Of a stretch of 32,713 nt of DNA, positions 23,774-31,138 are shown one piece after another. The DNA is taken from the NCBI GenBank assembly GCA_964365845.1, contig CAYIRZ010000002.1:10240-42952 (forward strand). Reading direction: 5' to 3'. Position numbers and translations under genes: made by a program. The notes under the pieces were generated by a model. It saw only the letters and a program-made list of their open reading frames with translations, was not told where the DNA came from and made no database searches. This DNA comes from an uncultured Streptomycetaceae bacterium (GTDB lineage Bacteria > Pseudomonadota > Gammaproteobacteria > Burkholderiales > SG8-41). The first letter of the stretch is position 1; each line of letters begins with the position of its first letter.

Positions 23774-25026
23774 TGCGCGCGATACCCAAAAAATCCTACG
23801 AGCCCGGCGCCAAGGGAACGCTCGCCGGTGTGCGTGTGCTCGACCTGTCGCGTCTGGTCGCCGGCAACACGCTGACGCAGGTGCTCGGCGATTTTGGCGC
23901 CGAGGTGATCAAAGTCGAGCCGCCGGCAGGCGACACCCTGCGCGCCTGGCAGACCAACGGCGTGCCGACCAACTGGAAGCTTTACTCGCGCAACAAAAAA
24001 AGCCTGGGACTGGAGCTGCGCAAGCCCGAGGCGCGCGAGTTGCTCGCGCGTCTTATACCAACGGCGGCAATATTCGTCGAAAGCTTTCGCCCGGGGACAC
24101 TTGAGGATATGGGCCTCGCACCAGAAATACTTTTCGAGCGTAACCCCAAGCTGGTCGTCGTGCGCATCTCCGGCTGGGGCCAGGACGGGCCGTACCGCCG
24201 CCGCCCCGGGGTCGGCACGCTGGTCGAGGGCATGTCGGGTTTCGCATCCATGAACGGCTTTGCCGACCGCGAGCCGGTGTTGCCGCCGATGTATATGGCC
24301 GACTCTTACGCCGGTCTTTATGGCGCGGCTGCCGTCATGATCGCGCTGCGCGAGGTAGAAATAAACGGCGGAGGCGGCCAGGTAATCGACCTGCCGCTGC
24401 TCGATCCGGTGTTCGCCGTGCTGGGGCCCCAGGCTGCCAATTACCGGCTGACGGGCAAGGTGAAGGTGCGCACCGGCAGCCGCTCGACCAACTCCGGTCC
24501 GCGCAATGCCTATCGCTGCAAAGACGGGCTGTACGTCGGTTTGTCGGCCTCGACGCAGAAAATGGCCGAGCGGGTTTTCCGCTCGATCGGCCGGCCCGAC
24601 CTCATCGACGATCCACGCTACCGCACCAACGCCGAGCGCGTAAAGCATGCGGAACAACTCGATGCCATCATCGGCGCGTTTGTCGCCGGGCGCACCCAGG
24701 CGGAAAATGTGGCGTTTTTCGAACGAGTCGAGGTCACGATCGGTCCGATCTACGACATTTCGCAAATCGTCGAAGACCCGCATGTTCTTGAACGCGAACT
24801 CATCGCCGACTACCCCGATCCCGACATGGGCGCTTTTCCCATGCATCACGTGGTGCCGCGGCTGTCGGGCACGCCGGGATCCATCCGCACGCCCGCCCCG
24901 CGCCTGGGCGAGCACAACCGGGCGCTGCTCGGCGAGCTCGGCGTGGACGCGGCCGCCTACGCGCAACTGCTCGCCTCGGGCATTGCGTGCGAGAATACTT
25001 CCCCAACGAATAAGGAAGACCAATGA
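23773..25026 (+). CDS. family III (CaiB/BaiF) acyl-CoA transferase, copy 1
   Basis: I trimmed the track ORF 23551..25026 to the ATG at 23773, which overlaps the upstream stop (TGATG); 417 aa. Sequence: LAGVRVLDLSRLVAGNTLTQVLGDFGAEVIKVEPPAGD...ESFRPGTLEDMGL. Confidence 0.85.
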   Translation: MRAIPKKSYEPGAKGTLAGVRVLDLSRLVAGNTLTQVLGDFGAEVIKVEPPAGDTLRAWQTNGVPTNWKLYSRNKKSLGLELRKPEARELLARLIPTAAIFVESFRPGTLEDMGLAPEILFERNPKLVVVRISGWGQDGPYRRRPGVGTLVEGMSGFASMNGFADREPVLPPMYMADSYAGLYGAAAVMIALREVEINGGGGQVIDLPLLDPVFAVLGPQAANYRLTGKVKVRTGSRSTNSGPRNAYRCKDGLYVGLSASTQKMAERVFRSIGRPDLIDDPRYRTNAERVKHAEQLDAIIGAFVAGRTQAENVAFFERVEVTIGPIYDISQIVEDPHVLERELIADYPDPDMGAFPMHHVVPRLSGTPGSIRTPAPRLGEHNRALLGELGVDAAAYAQLLASGIACENTSPTNKEDQ

Positions 25027-25934
25027 AACGCAATCTGCCCGTGTGGCGCTCGCTCATGTATGTGCCGGTCAACGTCGACAAGTACGTCGACAAGGCGCAC
25101 ACGCGCGGCGCCGACGTGATCCAGCTCGACCTGGAAGACAGCGTGCCGCCCGCGGAGAAAGCCCATGCACGCAAGCTGGTCGAAAAAGCCGCCGCCAAAG
25201 TGCGGCGCGGGGGCGCGGATGTCGTGGTGCGCATCAACCAGCCGCTGTCGCTCGCGGTGCGCGATCTCGAGCATGCCATCGGCCCCGATGTCGACGGCAT
25301 CGCCTGCACCAAGATCGACAGCGCGTCTCATGTGCGCCTGCTCGACGACCTGGTCACCGAACTCGAGGAAAAGCGCGGCATGGCGGTCGGGCACACCCAG
25401 TTCATCACCATGATCGAGACCGCCGATGCGTTCTTCCGCATCCACGAGATCGTGCGCGCGAGCAGCCGCATCGTTGCCTGCAACATCGGCGGCGAAGACT
25501 TCGCGCTCGATTGCAACATGCAGCCCACCGGGGAAGCGCTGTTCTATCCCAAGCAGCACATGATCATCGCCGCCAACGCCGCCGGCATCATGCCGCTCGG
25601 CTTCGTCGACAGCGTCGCGGGTTTCGGCGATTGGGACAAGTTCCGAAAAATGGTGCGCCGCTCGCGCGACTTCGGCTTCATGGGCGCCGGCTGCATCCAC
25701 CCCGGGCAGGTCGCCATCGTCAACGAGGAATACACGCCGACCGCCGAGGAGGTGGAGTACGCGCGCAAAGTGATCCGGCTGAATGACGAGGCAGCGAAAA
25801 CCGGCCGCGCTTCGTTCTCACTCGACGGCAAGATGATCGACATCCCGATCATCGTGCGCGCCGAGAAGCTGTTGAAGCGCTACGAGGCGATCAAGGCGCG
25901 CGAAGCGAAAACGCTCGCGGCGATGAAAGGCTGA
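25023..25934 (+). CDS. HpcH/HpaI-CitE family acyl-CoA lyase (citrate lyase beta / malyl- or citramalyl-CoA lyase-like)
   Basis: 303 aa with an ATGA overlap with the preceding gene. Motifs: SLMYVPVN, IQLDLEDSVPPAEK, MIETADA, GGEDFALD, CIHPGQV. Confidence 0.8.
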   Translation: MKRNLPVWRSLMYVPVNVDKYVDKAHTRGADVIQLDLEDSVPPAEKAHARKLVEKAAAKVRRGGADVVVRINQPLSLAVRDLEHAIGPDVDGIACTKIDSASHVRLLDDLVTELEEKRGMAVGHTQFITMIETADAFFRIHEIVRASSRIVACNIGGEDFALDCNMQPTGEALFYPKQHMIIAANAAGIMPLGFVDSVAGFGDWDKFRKMVRRSRDFGFMGAGCIHPGQVAIVNEEYTPTAEEVEYARKVIRLNDEAAKTGRASFSLDGKMIDIPIIVRAEKLLKRYEAIKAREAKTLAAMKG

Positions 25935-26048
25935 AAAACTCAAGGTGGCCGGATGACTCCACGTTGGAAACAACGCCCGCCGGGCGCGGTCGGTTCCCCG
26001 GTGAACCCTATCGCTACTGTTTGAACGCGCCGGTTATATGGAGAAATT

Positions 26049-27029
26049 ATGTTTAAAAACAATAGATTAGTATTTATTCTCGCCGGCGGCATCGCTTTCG
26101 CTGCCGTGCCGCTCCTGACCGCGGCCCAGAACTACCCGAGCCGGCCAATCCGCATCATCGCGCAGTTCACGCCGGGCACCTCGACGGATATCCTGGCCCG
26201 CGTCATTGGCCAGAAGCTCACCGAAGCCTGGGGCCAGCCGGTGGTGATCGATAACCGTCCCGGCGCGGGCGGCATCGTCGGCACCGAAATCGGGGCGAGG
26301 GCCGCGCCCGACGGTTACACGCTGACCATGGGCGTGTCGTCGGCCTTCGGTATCAATCCCACGCTCTACAGCAAGCTCCCCTACGACGCGATCAGGGACT
26401 TCGCGCCGATCGCCAACATCGCGCTTACCCCGCAAACGCTGGTGACCAATCCTTCGTTCGCCGCGAAGTCGGTCAAGGAATTGGTGGCCGCGGCCAAGGC
26501 CAAGCCCGGCCAGATCAACTTTGCCTCGCTCGGCAGCGGCTCGACCAGCCACCTGACCATGGAAATGTTCATGTCGGCGGCGGGCATCAAGCTCAACCAT
26601 ATTCCCTTCAAGGGCAGCCCAGCGGCGCACGCCGAGTTGATGGCCGGGCAGGTGCCGGTGATGTTCGACGCCATCCCCGCGGTGCTGCCCCATATCAAAT
26701 CGGGCAAGCTGCGCGGGCTCGGCATCGGCACGCTCCATCGTTCACCGTTCTTGCCCGAACTGCCGACCATCGCCGAATCGGGTTATCCGGGTTTCGAAGC
26801 CGTAGGCTGGATCGGCATCGTGGCCCCAGTAAAAACGCCCGAGGCCATCCTCGACAAGCTCAATCGGGAGATCCTGCGCATCCTGCAGGCGCCGGACGTC
26901 AAAGAGCGCCTCGCCACACTTGCATTTACACCGGTGGGAAGCACGCGCAAGGAATACGCCGCCTTCATCAAGGCCGAGATTGCCAAATGGGGCAAGGCGG
27001 TGAAGGACTCCGGAGCCAAGGCTGAATAA
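26049..27029 (+). CDS. Bug-family (TctC-like) substrate-binding protein
   Basis: 326 aa with a signal peptide. Motifs: PSRPIRIIAQFTPGTSTD, VVIDNRPGAGG, DGYT, NFASLGSGSTSHL, IPFKGSPAAHAELMAGQ. GGAG lies 8 nt upstream. Confidence 0.9.
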   Translation: MFKNNRLVFILAGGIAFAAVPLLTAAQNYPSRPIRIIAQFTPGTSTDILARVIGQKLTEAWGQPVVIDNRPGAGGIVGTEIGARAAPDGYTLTMGVSSAFGINPTLYSKLPYDAIRDFAPIANIALTPQTLVTNPSFAAKSVKELVAAAKAKPGQINFASLGSGSTSHLTMEMFMSAAGIKLNHIPFKGSPAAHAELMAGQVPVMFDAIPAVLPHIKSGKLRGLGIGTLHRSPFLPELPTIAESGYPGFEAVGWIGIVAPVKTPEAILDKLNREILRILQAPDVKERLATLAFTPVGSTRKEYAAFIKAEIAKWGKAVKDSGAKAE

Positions 27030-27050
27030 AAATGTTTTGAAGGTGAACGC

Positions 27051-27902
27051 ATGACCCAAGACCTGGAAAAACTCAAGGAATGGATCGGGCAGCGCGAGAC
27101 GGACGTCGATTACGTGACGATTCCGGCCGTGCACCGCCTCGCCGCCACGCTCGACCGCAACGATCCCATGCCGAAAATCGGCGACCCGCTGCCGGTCGGC
27201 TGGCACGCCATACTGTTTCCGCGTATCGTGCGCCACTCTCAGATCGGGCCCGACGGCCATCCCCAGCGCGGCGATTTCCTGCCGCCGGTGCCGCTGCCGC
27301 GCCGCATGTTCGCCGGCAAACGCATCACCTTTCACGAGCCGCTGCGTGTCGGCGACGAGGTACAGCGCGAATCGACAATCAAGGACGTGACCGTCAAGCA
27401 GGGCCGCAGCGGCGAAATGGTGTTCGTGACGGTCAAGACCGACATCACGAGCCCGCGCGGTCTGGCGATCACCGAGGAACAGGACATCGTCTATCGCGCC
27501 GATCCCGACCCCAATGCCCCGCCGCCCCCGCCGCAGAAAGCGCCCGGAATTGCGGTATGGACAAGAACGGTAACGCCCGACCCGGTGCTGTTGTTCCGCT
27601 ATTCGGCGCTCACCTTCAACGGCCACCGCATCCACTACGACTATCCCTACGTCACCCAAACCGAAGGCTATCCCGATCTGGTGATGAACGGCGGGCTCAC
27701 CACGCTGCTCGTATTCGAACTCGCCCGCACCCACGCCTCCACGCCGATCACCTGCATTTCCTCGCGCAACGTCAGGCCGATGTTCGTCAACCGGCCGCTG
27801 ACGATCTGCGGCGAGCCCGCGCCCGACAATAAGACCGCGAAGTTGTGGGTTGTCGATAACGATGGCGCACTGGCGCTGAGCGCTGAAGCGGAATTCAGGT
27901 AA
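27051..27902 (+). CDS. hot-dog fold acyl-CoA hydratase/dehydratase (MaoC_N / HTD2-like; itaconyl-CoA or mesaconyl-C4-CoA hydratase-like)
   Basis: 283 aa. It has two hot-dog halves joined by a Pro-rich linker (DPDPNAPPPPPQKAP). The second half carries LFRYSALTFNGHRIHYDYPY, typical of this hydratase group. Confidence 0.65.
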   Translation: MTQDLEKLKEWIGQRETDVDYVTIPAVHRLAATLDRNDPMPKIGDPLPVGWHAILFPRIVRHSQIGPDGHPQRGDFLPPVPLPRRMFAGKRITFHEPLRVGDEVQRESTIKDVTVKQGRSGEMVFVTVKTDITSPRGLAITEEQDIVYRADPDPNAPPPPPQKAPGIAVWTRTVTPDPVLLFRYSALTFNGHRIHYDYPYVTQTEGYPDLVMNGGLTTLLVFELARTHASTPITCISSRNVRPMFVNRPLTICGEPAPDNKTAKLWVVDNDGALALSAEAEFR

Positions 27903-27908
27903 GCGGCC

Positions 27909-29123
27909 ATGGCCGGTGGACCTCTCGAAGGCATACGCATCGTCGACATGACGTCGGTCGTGGTCGGACCGCTCGCCACCCAGATAATGGCCGACCACGG
28001 CGCTGAAGTCATCAAGGTCGAGAGCACGGCCGGAGACCTGGTGCGCACCATGAACGGCAAGTCGGTCACCCCGGGCATGGGCGCCAAGTTTCTGCATCTC
28101 AACCGCAACAAGCGCTCCATCGTGCTTGACCTGAAGCAACCGGCCGGCCACGCCGCGCTGATGAAACTGATCGAACGCGCCGACGTGCTGGTGTGGAACG
28201 TGCGGCCACCGGCAATGGCGCGGCTCAAGCTCGCTTACGACGACGTGCGCGCGGTCAATCCGAATATCATCTACTGCGGCATGTTCGGTTTCGGCCAGGA
28301 CGGCCGCTACCGCGACAAACCGGCGTACGACTCCATCATCCAGGGCGCGGGCGGCATGGCCGCGCTGCATCATCGCGCGGCCGGCGAACCCCGCTACGTG
28401 CCCATGGTGGTCGCGGACAAGGTCGTCGGGATGATCGCGGTGCAGATGATCACGATGGCGCTCTACCGGCGTACGCAGACCGGCGAAGGCTGCGCGATCG
28501 AAATCCCGATGTTCGAGAACCTGGTCAAGTTCGTGCTCGAAGAGCACATGTACCTGAAGACTTTCGAGCCGCCTCTCGGCGGGACGGGCGATCCGCGTCT
28601 GCTCGATCCGCTCGCCAAGCCGATCGCCACCAAGGACGGCTGGATCTGCATCTCGGCGAACACCAACGACCAGGCGTTCGCCTTCTTTGACGCGATCGGC
28701 CGGCCTGAACTGAAGGCCGATCCGCGCTTCTCGAGCGTACAGGCGCGCTTTGCCAACGTAAACGACTACTTCCAGATCCGGACGGACGCGCTAAAAATCC
28801 GGACTACCGCGGAGTGGCTCGAGATCTTCGACCGCGGCGATGTGCCGGCCATGCCGTATCACACGCTCGACAGTCTGCTCGATGATCCGCATCTGCGGGA
28901 CACCGGCTTTTTCGAATTGAAGGACCATCCGACCGAAGGCAGGATACGCAGCATGCGGCTGCCGAACAAATGGTCGTGCGGTACGCGCCGCGAATGGAAC
29001 CCGGCGCCCAAGCTCGGCGAGCAGAGCATCGAGATCCTGCGCGAGATCGGTTATTCCGACAGCGAGATCGCCGAACTCGTTGCCGGCGGGGCAACGCTCG
29101 ACGGACGCATCAAACCGCGTTGA
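27909..29123 (+). CDS. family III (CaiB/BaiF) acyl-CoA transferase, copy 2
   Basis: 404 aa: LEGIRIVDMTSVVVGPLATQIMADHGAEVIKVESTAGD...NKRSIVLDLKQP. Confidence 0.85.
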   Translation: MAGGPLEGIRIVDMTSVVVGPLATQIMADHGAEVIKVESTAGDLVRTMNGKSVTPGMGAKFLHLNRNKRSIVLDLKQPAGHAALMKLIERADVLVWNVRPPAMARLKLAYDDVRAVNPNIIYCGMFGFGQDGRYRDKPAYDSIIQGAGGMAALHHRAAGEPRYVPMVVADKVVGMIAVQMITMALYRRTQTGEGCAIEIPMFENLVKFVLEEHMYLKTFEPPLGGTGDPRLLDPLAKPIATKDGWICISANTNDQAFAFFDAIGRPELKADPRFSSVQARFANVNDYFQIRTDALKIRTTAEWLEIFDRGDVPAMPYHTLDSLLDDPHLRDTGFFELKDHPTEGRIRSMRLPNKWSCGTRREWNPAPKLGEQSIEILREIGYSDSEIAELVAGGATLDGRIKPR

Positions 29124-29170
29124 GGCATAATTAGCGGCCACCAGTCTTGCAACCACCACGGGAGATCATT

Positions 29171-30043
29171 ATGCAGTTCAGATGGCGTCATGCGCCGGTC
29201 GTCGTTGCGGCCCTGTTTTTTGCCGTAGCCGGCGTTTTTGCAAGCGGAACGACGTACGCGCAAACCAAGAAGGAATTCGAGCCGGTCGTCGGCCAGGAGG
29301 GCAAGGATGTCATCTGGGTGCCCACGCCGCAGGCCCTGGTCGAACGCATGCTGCAAATGGCCAAGGTGACCCCCAGCGATTACGTGATCGATCTCGGCTC
29401 CGGCGATGGCCGCACCGTGATCACTGCCGCCAAGAAATTCGGCGTGAGGGCGCTCGGCATCGAGTACAACCCGGACATGGTCGAGCTGTCGAAACGCAAC
29501 GCCGAAAAGGAAGGCGTGGCCGGACGCGCCGAGTTCATGAAAGCCGATATTTTTTCAACGGATTTCAGCAAAGCAACGGTGATCACCATGTACCTGCTGC
29601 CCCAGCTCAACCTCAAGCTGCGGCCGATCCTGCTCAACATGAAGCCCGGCACGCGCCTGGTATCGCATGCTTTCAGCATGGACGACTGGCAGCCCGATCA
29701 GATCGAATCGGTCGAGAGCCGCACGGCTTATCTTTGGATAGTGCCGGCAAAAGTCGAGGGCACCTGGCAATGGAGCGGTTCGCGCAATTACGAGATCACG
29801 CTGCGCCAGCATTTCCAACAGGTCGAGGGGCTGGCCAAAATCGACAACAAGACGGCCCAGTTCCGCAACGGCAAGCTGCAGGGCGACCAGCTCACCTTCT
29901 CGCTTATTGAGATTTCCGGCCTCAATAACACCGTGCAGCGCGACTTCGTTGGTCGTGTTACGGGCAACACCATCAAAGGCGTGATCAAGCTGCCCAACAA
30001 CGCCGGCGAAGAGAAGTGGACCGCCACGCGGGCAAACCATTGA
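29171..30043 (+). CDS. class I SAM-dependent methyltransferase-fold protein with N-terminal signal peptide and a C-terminal beta-rich extension
   Basis: I trimmed the track ORF to the ATG at 29171 (GGGAGA upstream); 290 aa. The signal-like N-terminus is MQFRWRHAPVVVAALFFAVAGVFASGTTYA/QT. SAM motif I is VIDLGSGDGRTVITAAKKFG, followed by GIEYNPDMV...MKADIF. Confidence 0.7.
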   Translation: MQFRWRHAPVVVAALFFAVAGVFASGTTYAQTKKEFEPVVGQEGKDVIWVPTPQALVERMLQMAKVTPSDYVIDLGSGDGRTVITAAKKFGVRALGIEYNPDMVELSKRNAEKEGVAGRAEFMKADIFSTDFSKATVITMYLLPQLNLKLRPILLNMKPGTRLVSHAFSMDDWQPDQIESVESRTAYLWIVPAKVEGTWQWSGSRNYEITLRQHFQQVEGLAKIDNKTAQFRNGKLQGDQLTFSLIEISGLNNTVQRDFVGRVTGNTIKGVIKLPNNAGEEKWTATRANH

Positions 30044-30085
30044 GCTTTTCTTAACTGCGCGACACGCTCAATCCCTCACCCCCGA

Positions 30086-30108
30086 CCCCTCTCCCGCGAG
30101 GAGAGGGG
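30086..30108. repeat. REP-like GC hairpin CCCCTCTCC-CGCGA-GGAGAGGGG (preceded by CCCTCACCCCCGAC)
   Basis: A perfect 9-bp stem. The CCCTCACCCC(C)GAC...CTCTCCC...GGAGAG pattern recurs at about 18911-18978. No T-tract follows it. Confidence 0.7.
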
Positions 30109-30117
30109 AGATTCGAG

Positions 30118-30144
30118 ACGTAACTGAATGTCATTCATTTACGT
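30118..30144. promoter_or_regulatory. 27-bp near-perfect palindrome ACGTAAcTGAATGtCATTCAtTTACGT, a candidate operator upstream of the 3-hydroxyacyl-CoA dehydrogenase gene
   Basis: 12 of 13 arm positions are complementary: ACGTAA/TTACGT, TGAATG/CATTCA, and one C:T mismatch. It ends 24 nt before the ATG at 30168. Confidence 0.45.
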
Positions 30145-30167
30145 AAAACTCAATAACGGAGTCGAAC

Positions 30168-31106
30168 ATGTCAGACAGGAAATCCAGCATAGCGGTCATC
30201 GGCGGCGGCATCATGGGTGGAGACATCGCGATCATGTTCGCCGCCGGCGGCTGGAACGTGCACGTGATGAGCCCATCGCAGAAAACACGCGATGCGCTGC
30301 CCGCAAGGATAGCGGCCGGCCTGAAGAAACTCGGCGCCAGCGCGGCCCGGGCCGGCAGCGTCAAGACCTATTCCAGGCTGGAAGACATTGCCTGGAAAGA
30401 CGTCGACCTCGTGATCGAGGCCGCGACCGAGGACCTCGCGCTGAAACAAAAACTGTTCGCCCAAATTGAAGCCCTGGCGCGTCCCGACATTCCATTGACG
30501 AGCAATACCTCGAATTTCCCCATCAGCGAGATCGGAAAATCGCTCAAGACCCGCAATCGCGTCGCCGGCACGCACTTCTTCATGCCCGCGCATCTCGTGC
30601 CCCTGGTGGAAGTCGTCAGCGGCGACGCCACCGATCCGAACATCGCCGAGGGCCTGTGCGCGCTCATGAAGGATCTCGGCAAGGCCCCCATATGGGTGAA
30701 GAAGGACGTGCCCGGCTTCGTCGGCAACCGCATCCAGCACGCCATGATGCGCGAGGCGCTGTATCTGATCGCCGATGGCGTCGTTTCGCCCGAAGACGTG
30801 GATACCGCGGTGCGCTTCGGCTTCGGTTTTCGCTTCATCGCCTGCGGACCCATCATGCAGAAGGAAATGTCCGGGTGGGACACGAATTACCTCGTGGGCA
30901 CCGCGCTCTACCCCCACCTTCACAGCGAGCCGGCTTATCCTTCCCTCATTAAAGACATGGTGGACAAGGGCCGCCTCGGCATGAAAACGAAGCGCGGCTT
31001 TTGGGAGTGGACCGACGACAGCGCGGCCAGGGAAAAAGCGCGTATCGAAAAAGCGCTGCAGGCCGGCTTCGAGATCATCAAGAACGACATGAAAAGTGGG
31101 GGATGA
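30168..31106 (+). CDS. 3-hydroxyacyl-CoA dehydrogenase family, NAD-binding
   Basis: 312 aa. Motifs: IAVIGGGIMGGDIAIMFAAGG (Rossmann), EAATEDLALKQKLF, NTSNFPISE, GTHFFMPAHLVPLVEVV, PGFVGNRIQH. Confidence 0.8.
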   Translation: MSDRKSSIAVIGGGIMGGDIAIMFAAGGWNVHVMSPSQKTRDALPARIAAGLKKLGASAARAGSVKTYSRLEDIAWKDVDLVIEAATEDLALKQKLFAQIEALARPDIPLTSNTSNFPISEIGKSLKTRNRVAGTHFFMPAHLVPLVEVVSGDATDPNIAEGLCALMKDLGKAPIWVKKDVPGFVGNRIQHAMMREALYLIADGVVSPEDVDTAVRFGFGFRFIACGPIMQKEMSGWDTNYLVGTALYPHLHSEPAYPSLIKDMVDKGRLGMKTKRGFWEWTDDSAAREKARIEKALQAGFEIIKNDMKSGG

Positions 31107-31138
31107 AATGATTCCGGACAGTTTTTATCGCCGCGCGC

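Noticed and set aside
26742-28547. 601-aa minus-strand ORF, the longest in the track, plus similar long ORFs at 1130..2428(+), 2416..3432(+), 8143..9192(+), 10883..11956(+), 16986..17867(+), 23536..25023(-), 24957..25700(-) and 30171..30923(-)
   Set aside because: Each lies antisense to, and spans, one or more genes with clear family motifs. Their translations are Arg/Ala/Gly/His/Asp-rich low-complexity strings with no recognisable domains. This is the expected stop-codon-poor antisense frame of a high-GC genome.
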